Origin: Macrostomum lignano
Lineage: Eukaryota
Assembly (NCBI GenBank): GCA_002269645.1
Contig: NIVC01000006.1
Span: 248,001-312,000, forward strand
Reading direction: 5' to 3'
Length of the DNA stretch: 64,000 bases
Made by a program: the position numbers and the translations under genes. The notes beneath the pieces are model-generated. The model saw only the letters and a list, made by a program, of their open reading frames with translations, made no database searches and was not told the origin of the DNA. Positions 12,066-23,089 of this stretch are shown here, one piece after another; within the stretch, counting starts at the first letter, position 1, and every line of letters begins with the position of its first letter.

Positions 12066-12970
12066 CAGGGACTGTCACTCTCGACCATTGGACTATCACT
12101 ATTGACCATAGGCTGACCCTCTTGACCATAGGCTGACCCTCTTGACCATAGACTGTCACTCTCGACCATTGGACTATCACTATTGACCATAGGCTGACCC
12201 TCTTGACCATAGACTGTCACTCTCGACCATTGGACTGTCACTCTTGACCATAGACTGACCCTCTTGACCATAGGCTGACTTTCTTGACCATAGACTGTCA
12301 CTCTCGACCATTGGACTGTCACTCTTGACCATAGACTGACCCTCTTGACCATAGGCTGTCCCTCTTGACGATAGGCTGACCCTCTTGACCATAGACTGTC
12401 ACTCTTGACCATAGGCTGTCCCTTTTGACCATAGACTGTCACTCTTGACCATAGGCTGACCCTCTTGACCATAGACTGTCACTCTTGACCATAGACTGTC
12501 ACTCTTGACCATAGGCTGACCCTCTTGACCATAGACTGTCACTCTTGACCATAGACTGTCACTCTTGACCATAGGCTGTCCCTCTTAACCATAGACTGTC
12601 ACTCTTGACCATAGGCTGTCCCTCTTGACCATAGGCTGACCCTCTTGACCATAGACTGTCACTCTTGACCATAGACTGTCACTCTTGACCATTGGACTGT
12701 CACTCTTGACCATAGACTGACCCTCTTGACCATAGGCTGTCCCTCTTGACGATAGGCTGACCCTCTTGACCATAGACTGTCACTCTTGACCATAGGCTGT
12801 CCCTCTTGACCATAGACTGTCCCTCTTAACCATAGACTGTCACTCTTGACCATAGGCTGTCCCTCTTGACCATAGACTGTCCCTCTTAACCATAGACTGT
12901 CACTCTTGACCATAGGCTGTCCCTCTTGACCATAGACTGTCCCTCTTAACCATAGACTGTCACTCTTGAC
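12066..12970. repeat. 20-bp minisatellite (ctcttgaccatagactgtca / ctcttgaccataggctgacc), ~45 copies
   Basis: Direct tandem units. It ends about 170 bp downstream of the SRP14 stop codon. Confidence 0.97.
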
Positions 12971-13138
12971 ATACCTTAGGAACTGTTTAAGAAACAGGCA
13001 CTTAAACACAGTAAACTGTAAATATTGACCAATACAATAACAGGAAGCGATCCCCCAGACTTTAAATCAACATTTTGCACAGTTAACCAATGATTAGCGG
13101 TGGCAGAACAGAAACAATACACAGCTACGGTAGGCAAT

Positions 13139-16100
13139 TTAGCTAGCCTTGGCCTTGGCTTTGGCAGCAGCGGCAGCGGCGGCAGTGGCAGCAGCGGCGG
13201 CTTTTTTATCCCGCTTTTTAAGCCCGTCAATGTTGCCTTTGAGCAAGCTGGAGAATGCCAATTGGAACCGATTGACATCTTTCTGGTGCACCACTGTGCT
13301 CAGCTTCCGGCTGTTCAGTGTGGCCCGAATCAGGCAGCCGCACTCGCCGCCGCCAGACGATGTGGCATCCCCGGAGCCGCTGCCGCCAGCGCGACGGCGA
13401 GGTTGCCGATTTTTGCGCGGTCTGTGCCGGTCCTGGCCGTCGTCTGCAAGAGTTTTGAATAAAAAATTGTTTGAGATTGGCCCAGGGATTAGCTCATCCA
13501 AGCTGGGGCGAATTTCGAAACGCTGTGGGCTTAAAAAACGTGCGTTATCATTTTCAACAATAAATCGTGATGCCTGTGGGTAAACGGCGGGAGTAACTAG
13601 CAAGTAACTCGTCATCTAATTAGTGCTCGAGGATTAATAACTCCAGGAATTTATCGTTGATAAAATATTAGTTTATACAAAGTTGTTTTCTGTGAAACTT
13701 AACAATAGCAATCCAGACTGCTTAAGGTTTGTGTCTTCTTAGCACTATTATCCCTTCTCTCCTCTCTCAATTCTCTCCTCTCCTCTTATCTAGTACTTTC
13801 TAGTCTCCTCTCTCATATTCTATTCTTTCACCTTTCCTTTATCTGTGATTCTGGCCCGCAGCCATGTGCTGAATTCTTTATCTGGCCCCTGAAGTTGTAG
13901 CACCAATGGGCACACCAGTAAATCATAAAATAAGCTACTTTTGTACAAAATCTATCCCTTTTAGGGTAAGAGAAGATATGTTAACTAATAGGCTACGAGC
14001 ATAATTTGCTTCCTGTCTTTACTTTGGTCTATAAAAGTAGTTTCGATTTGATCTTGAAATTACACGTCAAGTCACTTACATTGCTTCATGGTGATGCGTA
14101 CAGTGCCCGTGCCAGATGACTTTGACTTTTGAAAAAGTTTTGTCAGCTCTGTCAGGAACTAAAATGATATTTTTAGACGATGCATTTTAGTAAACAAATA
14201 TATGCCATACTAAGAATAAATCTACAAACACATGGATATCCTGTAAAGTATGCAGACAAGTCTAATTTTATTGAATGTTATAATTATAATTTTATAGCAG
14301 ATTTTACTAAAGTTGTGGATATTTTAAACCAGCTTCAAGCATACAGGTATGGGAATTTATTTCTTTATCCTTATGGGATGCCAACTACCAAAAGTCAAAA
14401 TTAAGATTTTAAGCCAGCATTGGATCTCATTGGCTAGAGGGACTGGGTTGCTGCACAGAATGACAGGCAATGTCTGTCTAAGACATGCATTGGTAAACTC
14501 TGGTATTTTCCTCTCTCTTCTATTTCCTTAGGTCGTAACTTCTCTTCTCTTCTTCCTCTTCTCATCTCTCTCATCTCTACTCTCTATCTTTCCTTTCTAA
14601 TCTTGTCACTATTCTCTTATATCATATCTTTATTCTTTTATTTCCTTTCCCCTCTTTTTTCTTCATCTCCTCTTTTTACTTATTTCTCTGCCTTTTCTCT
14701 TTTCTCTACTCTCTACTTTCTTATCTCTCTTCTCTCGTTCTTATTCTTCTCTTATATATATATTTTTCTTCTCTTCCCATGTCTTTTCAATTCTCCCTTC
14801 TGTCTTCTCTTCAATGTCTTCTCTTTCTTTTTAACCTTCTCCTTTCATTTCTTTTGCCCTTTTCTCTCCCCTCTCTTTTGTCATTCATTTTCTCATATTT
14901 TTTCTTTTATACACATCTGTTTCCTCACTATTTTCTCATTGTTTATTCTCTTTCTAGCCTGAAGCCATGAGCTAGCCCTAGAGATAAAAGTCTACTAACT
15001 CTGTTCTGAAAGCCTAACTAAATCTAACAAAGTTTAACAAAACCAAAAGCTATAGTAACTAGGTTTCTAGGTATGCAAATGCCATGACATCTTAATTTTC
15101 ATTTGGCATCTTGAATATGGATCCCTGATTTGAAATTGACACTTTGTTTTTAAGATTGATGTCAATCTATAAAACTTCAAAATATTTAGCAAATAAATAA
15201 TACAGTAAATAAAAATTAATTTATTAAGAACTAAATGATATTAAATAAAAAACCAAATAGCTTAAGTCCCAAAACAACTAAAGAACATTTTAACTTTAGC
15301 TATACCTTACAGTTTAGAATCTGAAGGGATTTCCTAGTATAAAAAAGGTTTTTACCATTTATTAGCATATATGACATAGTAGATAAATTGTGTCAAATGA
15401 CTTTTTATATTGGTGTACAAGCCGGCATACAAACAAAGTCGTGTCATTTTTTCCAGCAATAAACCTGGTATACAATAATACAAAATCTGAACTATGGGCT
15501 ATATACTATAGTCTAAATCATGGTAGGCATATACCAGAATGAAATTTCATGTTCTTCAATTTTATGCTAATGTAAATATAAAAAAAATTATGTCAAGCCC
15601 AATATGCCAATTTTTAGAGAATATATATAATTAGAAATATAAAACTTTTACTAAACTTTAAAATAGCTTTTTTGCTAAAAACTAATCTTCTTTCTTCCAA
15701 TTTTGTTTTCCTTGTAAATTGCATTAGTATTTTAAATTTTAGTTTCCAAATAATTTTAGAGCTTTTGTTAGTTGATATTTAACTACATGATTACATTAGC
15801 ATTGTACTTGCCTATTTTTTGTATGCTGACTATGTTCACCTCATGTTGAACCTGAAAATTCTATATGCCAAGTGTATACCAAGATTGTCAGTGAGAGAAA
15901 AAATATGCCAGAATTTTCTGGCATAAAGGCCACCTTCTGGACTATGGTAACTTTATAAAAGGCTTGTTACCAAATTAATTTGCTATTAATTATCACTGAA
16001 TTTGCCTTTACACCAAATTTCTTTATATTAAAATTGTGTTATCATTTTTGTCCCTAAATTTTCCTATATCCATAGTAACAACCATTGGTTATACCATAAT

Positions 16101-19100
16101 TTAGCTTAATGTGTCATTGTTGGATAGGCCCTATACTCTAGATCATGTAGTACATGCCCAAAAATTTGGGGGTGCATTGGCCATGTACAACAAAAGTAAG
16201 CATATATAGTTGGCATGCATCACTCCTAAGAAAAAAGTATATGTTCACACTTAGTTTTTACACTGGGTTTGAATGCCAATACAAAAAAAATTGTCATTTG
16301 ACACAATATATTTGCTATGTCATATATGATAGGAATATATCTTAATATATGCTTAAAATGATAAGACCCTTGTTGCACATTGGGAAATCCCGGCATAATC
16401 TGGGTTTTTTTGCCCAAGACAAGGTGCAAAATTGCACCTTGTGCCAAATTTCAAGGTGTGATTTTAAGGCTCAGAGTGCAATTTCTCTTGTTTCAGAAAA
16501 CTGGGAATATATATATAGACATGTCTTATATAAGGCCATAGGCATTTAGGCTATATGACTTAATAGGTCATAGGAGTTATTTCATTTCATATTTTAAGGC
16601 AGTGCAAATGAGCTTAAGCATGGTTAAGCCTTAAAAAAATAGTTATAAGATCACACCTAAACCGCACCTACTTTTTCAATTTCAAGGTGCAATTTTAAAA
16701 TTTAAGGTGCATACGCACACTGCGCACAAAAAACCCAGCCGGCATATATGTTGCTTTCTCAATTATGGCTGGTAATAATCCATTTAAACAAATCTATGAG
16801 TGCATCAATTTTCTACAATAAATAATATAGCCCAAAAAGCCAAAGAATTAACCAAATTAACTGCCAAAAAGGGTATATTATACAATTCAAAAAAGGTCAT
16901 TTGTTGTTGCAATACAAGCATAGTTTTAAGAATGGGTATATTTCAATTTTTTGGCATGCATTTGTAAACTATTCAATTTTTGTTTATGCGTGCACCCTAT
17001 ATGATCTAGACTATGGGATAGGCCTAGGTGCTGCACAGCAATGACTAAAGTTCTGACTAGAGCTATTGGAAATCAAGATTTGGACCAAGATGAGATTTGA
17101 GATAAGAAAAGTCTACAATTGAAAAATTTTGAGACGAGACAAGATGAGATTAATAAAATATTTAAAAAATATATAATATCTAATTAAAACAAATATACCA
17201 TAGATTAGCAGATCCTTTGAGTCAATTTAAATCACCTTGTTATATGTTTGAAATTATAATAAAAATTTATATTAGTACAAGTTTTTGTCAGCATCTATAA
17301 TGATGTTTGCATTTGCCATTTATTCCAATGATATAAAACTGCTCAACTAACCTAACTTATTATAGAATTTATCTATTTTTAAAAATCTTCTTGCTAAAAT
17401 ATTAAAATAAAAAGCAATGCAGGTTTAAAAATAATATTTGGGTGTTTTGAAAAAATATTTGCCTTTTCCCATTTTTTCTTAATCAAAATTTTTGTTCTTA
17501 TTTGCCTAAGGACCTAAAGGGCAAGGCGTCCAGTATTGGATGAATAATGTAACTATTATTTGTCCAGTACTGGACAGCCTATGCAGAAGCTGAAAAATGG
17601 GGAAAGAAAATTCCCTAAGAAACTAATGCTTTTCCCAGCCCCAATGACCTATGCAGATTTTAAAAACAGTGTCAGACAAATCTAATTGCCTTGTCCAAAA
17701 ATAATAGAATGGAAAATTGAAATTATGTGTTCTCAGCTGCATGTTCAGTATTAGATTCGTCAGTTGCGCCATTGCAAGTAGTGAAAACAATTGCGTAACA
17801 AGAGCAGGCATCAATTGCAAAGTTTAGAGCATAAATTTAAGGGCGTCATAAAATGTTGTACATTATTAGATAGAAATTTTTGCAGACAACTCAAATGTAC
17901 ATATTTATTGAGATCTATTGTGATTAAGGGATTGAGAAACAATGAACAGACTATGTACATTCATAAAGTAGAACATGCCTCTTATCACAAGTTTGCTAAC
18001 ATGCAGACTTCCTTTGAAAATAAAGTTGCAGTCAATTGAAACAATTACCCTCAGTACTCAAATCAGTCCTCTGGCCTCGCGATGCCAAACTTTCGACGCA
18101 CACATGAAGAGAATCGTATCTGGTGCTGCATCCTCTGCTTCCGCAAAGCCGATCGCGTTATTTCAGCTGCTCAGGCAGAACTCATCGAGCAATTTATCCT
18201 GCCAGAATTCTGTCATGCCTACATCCGTAATACTCTGCCAGGAGGCATGTGCAGCTGCTGCAGCAAGAAATTGCAGTCACAGACGTCACCTGTACCGCAA
18301 GAACTGCCTGCTCGACTGCCATACCTTCAAATTGTTGCAGATTTGGAGGTTTTACCACAACTCACACGTGAGCATCCGCACTGCTCCTGCTGTATCTGCC
18401 AGGTAGTTTCCAGCCCATCAAACAAGCGGGTGGCGGTCTGGCACCCATACATGTCTGACAGCAGCCGGGCTAACCATAAATTGCCCCAAGGACGACCTGC
18501 AGAAACAACTCGAAGCCAGGACAGAGACTCGGAGAAGCGCTGCACTAGGTGCCACTCACTTGTGGGCAAAGGCCTAAGGCATGAGTGCAGCGTCTCCAGC
18601 AAGTTGCAGTACCTGCGCACGCTCAGCCCTACATCAAAAGAGCACATCGCTCATGACGTGATGCGTGAAAAGCTAAGAGCAGCAGCAGCATCAGGACATG
18701 GATCAACGGCTTCTATTTCCAGCGCCACCGGTGGCCCACCAATGCAGCTGAGGCATGCAAGTGATTCAAATGAGCAGAGAGCGCTGAGGACCGAGACACT
18801 AGTAACGTTAAAGACATCTCTCAATCTGAGTGACCGGCAGACAAACATGGCAGCCACAATTATCAGGCAGGCGGAGGGCAGTCGTAAGGCCGTGCAACCC
18901 GGACTGCGGGCAGCTCTGGCAGCCGCAGGCAGCATCGCAGAGAGTTTTTTTGAGATGCGGCAGCTCAAATTCACTCAAAAGTCCTCAGGTGGCAGCTTTA
19001 CTGATACCACAAGATGTTCCGTCATATGCCCCGATCTTCAGGGCCTGCTGAGCTTCATTTGCTCAAAGCGAGGATTTAGTGAGTTCGATGTAAGATTGAA

Positions 19101-22100
19101 GCTGGGGATGGACGGAGGTGGTGGCTCGCTAAAAATCTGCCTTAGTGTCGCTCCAGTACTGCCTACCGAACCACAGGCAGAGTCCACACCTAAGAAGCTG
19201 AGCAGGGGGTCGCGAATAAGCAACTTTGGCGTAAAAAAACTGTTTATCATCGCAATTGCTGAGGATGTCCAGGAGAACTATGCAAATGTGCGAGCACTTC
19301 TAGATGAGCTAGACTTGACATCGATTAAGTTCACAGTCGCTTGCGACTTCAAGCTAGCCAACATCCTGTGTGGCCTTCAAAGTCATGCCGCAGCTCATCC
19401 TTGTCTCTACTGTGAGGGGCAGGCACCATGGCAAGTTGCCGGTTCCATAAGAACCCTTGGATCCATTCGTCGGATGGCCACGGCATTCGAGGCTGCTGGT
19501 AGCTGCCAGCAACTGGCAAGAAACTACGCAAGCTGTGTCAGACAGCCTCTTCTCCCTGGGGCTGATTCTACGCCAATGCTGGACCTCGTGCCACCACCAG
19601 AGCTGCACATCATGCTTGGTGTGACCAACAAACTGCTTGATCAGCTGAACTCAGCTTGGGGCGACGACAAGGCATACAAGTGGGCGCATTCAGCTGGAAT
19701 CTGTCGCGAGCAGTACCACGGTGGGTGTCTGGAAGGCCCTGCGTGTGTCAGATTGCTGCTTAAAGCTCAAGAGCTCAAGAGCAACCTGCCATCAAGGCTC
19801 CAGGGCTATGCGTCTGCTCTCATGGCATTCGATGCTGTTCGCCAAGCATGCTTTGGGCAACAGCTGATGAGCGACTTTTGCCAGAAGATTGCCCAGCTGG
19901 AATCCTGCTGCGCTGAACTGAAGCTGGTGCCGACACCTAAGATGCACGCCCTTTTCCACCATGTTCCGGAGTTCTGCGAGCGATTCAACTCAGGCCTTGG
20001 GACCTTCAGTGAGCAGGCAGTCGAGTCTACACACAGCGACTTTCGTTCGACGTGGCAGCGGTTTCGCAGGCCTCTGGGGCATGTGCAGTATGCAGAATGC
20101 CTGCTGCGCGCAGTTGTTAGCTACAATTCCAGCCATATTTGATGTCAAGCATTTTCATGCCTGCCAAGATTTCTAGGATTTAGCTTGTGTACTTAATATC
20201 CATGCGCACTTTATTCCATACGGACATTAGCAATAATAAGTGCATGGTTCTCATTTTATAATATTAATACTAATACAGTTGCACATTCCTTTAATGATTA
20301 AAAATAATATTAAAACTACGAACTTATATTAACATTAATATTATTGATGGGTTTTGCCTTAAATACCTATCATATTACATGTAATTTGCATATAATATAA
20401 AAAATTCATATTACCATTTTTGACAAGGCGATTAGATTTGTCTGACACTGTTTTTGAAATCTGCATAGGTCATTGGGGCTGGGAAAAGCATTAGTTTCTT
20501 TGGGAATTTTCTTTCCCCATTTTTCAGCTTCTGCATAGGCGTGTGGATAAATAAAAGTGAAATTATTTGTCTAGTACCAGCTGAGCTGCGTGAATTTATA
20601 TGCCATTCTGCACATCTTTTTCTAGCTAGGTATACTAATATAATGTTAGAGTGTCTTCCTGATGATCAGTCAGTACTGAGTTTGAATCTATAATGAAGAC
20701 TCTACTCTTTATTGTAACAACTCCAAGTGTTATTGTAATAACTCTAAGTCCTTACTTTGGCATTTGTGTTATAAAGCAGCAAATGTCATTATAAATTTTG
20801 ATTATACTATGATTACTATTTACTGTGAAACCAAAATATACCAATATATATATATAGAACAAAATATAATAGGTAAACATTATATAAAACTTTAGGTATT
20901 TTGCCTTTGGCCTTCAAGGGGGTTTGCCAATTGTGATCCTATAGTATAGCACTATCTAACCATAACAAATATTTTCTGCTTCTAGTCTAAAAGTGAACTA
21001 TATACTACTTTTTTAAATATTCCCTGTATACCTATATTTCACGTTTTTATTATATATCCACGTCTGTACTATACTGGACAAATAACTTCATTGTTATTTA
21101 TTGAATTATCTGGTACTAGACAAATAACTTTACTTTTATTTATCTGGTACCAGACAAATAATAACTGCCAAAAGGCAAAAAAATGAAAGTGAGAAGGTTG
21201 AAAAGAAATAGAAGAAAATGAAAAGAAAACTGAAAAGAGGAAAAGGATTTTTAGCAATCTAAAAAATTCTCAATTTCTTAAATCTTATTTCAAATTTTTT
21301 TACAAAAGTCAAGATTTCTTGAGACAAGATTAAAAAATAATGTCAAGATCTTATCTTGAATCTCATCTCGTTGAGATTTCATGACACCTCTAATTCCAAC
21401 ATTGGAACCCATTTTCAAATCTAATGGCTATGGATCTGGTAGTGCCTTTATAATATAGATAGAACATTATATTTTTCTTTCTACAGTAGTACAGGTGGCT
21501 GATATTAGGATTTTGTTCTAGATAAGACTCAAGACAATATTATAAGTCGTGTTCTGCCATAAAGAGGGTCCATATACTGTAGCCATAGCTGTAAGCAAAA
21601 CTATGGCTTATTCTAATTCTCCATACTCCATAGCCATAGAGACCCCAAAATTACCATATTTCTATAGTTCCTATAGCCATAGCCATAGTTTTAACAAAAA
21701 GTCTAGAAAACAAAATATTTTGAATTAAGAAGATAACCTAGTGCTTAAACAACTGCAAATTAAGTTAGAAAATAAAAGAAACACTCGATTGCCTTTGTAA
21801 GATTATATTTAGTCTTTTTTAAAGCAATAATACTTAATTGTTACTGAAAGTACTAAAACTAAACTTTTTCACATTAATAAAAATTAGAGTTTGCTAGTGT
21901 CTTATTGTAATTTTTAGGTATATTTTATAAGTTTCTAGGTTGATAATACAGTTTACTAAAAGTATCTTTGTTTTACTTTACCTGTTTCTAATATTTTTTC
22001 AATTTTTTAACATTAATAACTACAGCTACGTGAATCTACAGAATGTGACAGCAACTACTATATTTCTGTAGTCATAGCCATAAGAGCAGCTAGCTACCGT

Positions 22101-23089
22101 AGGCATATCCATAGCTGCCATAGGCACCTATTTTAATATATTTGCCATAGGATCCTATAGCCATAGCTATGGCTATAGTGGAACACTAATTATAAGATTT
22201 GAAACAAGATAAGCCTACTTTTAGTCCATTGTCAGAATGATGTACATTACGCCAGAAATTTCTGGCATACAATTGAAAATTTTACTTTTTTGGCATACAA
22301 TTGGCATAAAAAATTAGGCAAAATATATTTGGTATACTTTTTGGCATGACGCCATGGCGTAAATATGCCAAGCAACGTACGCTAACTCCAACCTTCAGGC
22401 CAAAGTTAATATTAACAATTGTTGGCATAATGCCATAACCTTAGAATCTTATTATAAAATCATAAAAACCATAAAACTTGTAAGATGAAAGTTCATAACT
22501 ATTCATGATTTATAAAAATTTAAAATTCCACGCAAACTAATTGTGTTAATTTTCTAAAAAAAACTTAAACAAAAAATTGATTTTTGTTGGCATTATCTGT
22601 AAGCCAATTTACTTTAAATGAAAACCACACATTTGGTAAATTTTTATAGTATGAAGTGGCATAGATTTTTTTAGGGGACTTTTTATTCCAGCGTATACCA
22701 TGACATGATCCTGACTATAGCTTCTAATGTTTAGACTTCTTAAAGATATGTTCTTATTAGTCTTTTATATGCTTCTATATGGCACTACTGGATCTATAAT
22801 GGGTTCCGGTGCCAGAAAATGGGTTCCGGTGCCAGAACACGAACCATTACTATGCTGCATATAGGTAGCCTGCCTCTGAAATAAAAAAATACCAAAATCA
22901 ACAAAAAAATCTAGAAGGAAAATAGTAGTAAATTAATTATTATCATTTAATATTTAAAAAGCCTGTATTTATTAATAAAGTTGACTAGGATGAAAACACA
23001 CTAGTAGGATGCTTTTAAAAATTTAGCTGCAATTTGGAGTCTTTTAATCTATGTTTCGTAAAACTCACATTGTCATTTTCCAAATACAT
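13139..23089 (-). CDS. SRP14: Signal recognition particle 14 kDa protein, 134 aa, 3 coding exons
   Basis: Exon 1 is 23069-23089 (MYLENDN, donor gtgagt). Exon 2 is 14080-14158 (FLTELTKLFQKSKSSGTGTVRITMKQ, donor gtaagt). Exon 3 is 13139-13443 (YDG...CLIRATLNSRKLSTVVHQKDVNRFQLAFSSLLKGNIDGLKKRDKK plus an Ala tail). Phases 0 and 1 are compatible, and the sequence matches SRP14 family motifs. Confidence 0.93.
14480..14955. repeat. CT/T-rich low-complexity tract in SRP14 intron 1
   Basis: Pyrimidine-rich tract with no consistent unit. Confidence 0.75.
15506..15947. mobile_element. MITE of CCATAGTCYAGA-terminus family (uninterrupted copy)
   Basis: Ends ctatagtctaaatc... and ...tctggactatgg are inverted. 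The internal sequence aligns with 60150-60447 joined to 61670-61780. Confidence 0.65.
16131..17016. mobile_element. MITE of CCATAGTCYAGA-terminus family with 8-bp TSD GATAGGCC
   Basis: TIRs ctatactctagatcat... / ...atgatctagactatgg, flanked by GATAGGCC at 16123-16130 and 17017-17024. It holds a probable nested element at 16400-16738 (ctgggttttt...aaaaacccag flanked by ccggcata). Confidence 0.7.
17575..20543 (+). mobile_element. Chapaev-like (CMC/Transib-related) DNA transposon, apparently full length
   Basis: ~127-bp TIRs (17575-17701 vs 20416-20543, about 5 differences). 4-bp TSD TGGA at 17571-17574 and 20544-20547. The right terminus is GTG (CAC in reverse complement); the left terminus reads CA-G. 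One long ORF inside. Confidence 0.88.
18082..20142 (+). CDS. DDE transposase, 686 aa, with RAG1/Chapaev-like N-terminal Cys/His domain
   Basis: Intact ORF. N-terminal motifs HEENRIWCCILC...LPGGMCSCC...EHPHCSCCIC, plus a further CTRC...HEC. Catalytic-type motifs GMDGGGGSLK, ACDFK, HPCLYC, PPELHIMLG, TPKMHALFHH and SEQAVESTH. Confidence 0.88.
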   Translation: MPNFRRTHEENRIWCCILCFRKADRVISAAQAELIEQFILPEFCHAYIRNTLPGGMCSCCSKKLQSQTSPVPQELPARLPYLQIVADLEVLPQLTREHPHCSCCICQVVSSPSNKRVAVWHPYMSDSSRANHKLPQGRPAETTRSQDRDSEKRCTRCHSLVGKGLRHECSVSSKLQYLRTLSPTSKEHIAHDVMREKLRAAAASGHGSTASISSATGGPPMQLRHASDSNEQRALRTETLVTLKTSLNLSDRQTNMAATIIRQAEGSRKAVQPGLRAALAAAGSIAESFFEMRQLKFTQKSSGGSFTDTTRCSVICPDLQGLLSFICSKRGFSEFDVRLKLGMDGGGGSLKICLSVAPVLPTEPQAESTPKKLSRGSRISNFGVKKLFIIAIAEDVQENYANVRALLDELDLTSIKFTVACDFKLANILCGLQSHAAAHPCLYCEGQAPWQVAGSIRTLGSIRRMATAFEAAGSCQQLARNYASCVRQPLLPGADSTPMLDLVPPPELHIMLGVTNKLLDQLNSAWGDDKAYKWAHSAGICREQYHGGCLEGPACVRLLLKAQELKSNLPSRLQGYASALMAFDAVRQACFGQQLMSDFCQKIAQLESCCAELKLVPTPKMHALFHHVPEFCERFNSGLGTFSEQAVESTHSDFRSTWQRFRRPLGHVQYAECLLRAVVSYNSSHI

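Larger units (their letters stand above)
17058..21392. mobile_element. decayed non-autonomous hAT-like element (TAGAG...CTCTA), host of the Chapaev insertion
   Basis: Termini tagagctattggaaatc.. / ..gatttcatgacacctcta, with subterminal gagat/atctc repeats. Flanks gttctgac / attccaac match at 5 of 8 positions and differ only by transitions. An internal 33-bp repeat occurs in inverted orientation at 17530-20580 (empty site) versus 21075-21165. Confidence 0.45.

Noticed and set aside
13444-13615. N-terminal part of the 158-aa ORF (including VENDNARFLS, which echoes SRP14 LENDN-FLT)
   Set aside because: It lies upstream of a clear acceptor at 13444, and the true exons 1-2 were found elsewhere. 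The short resemblance is probably chance.
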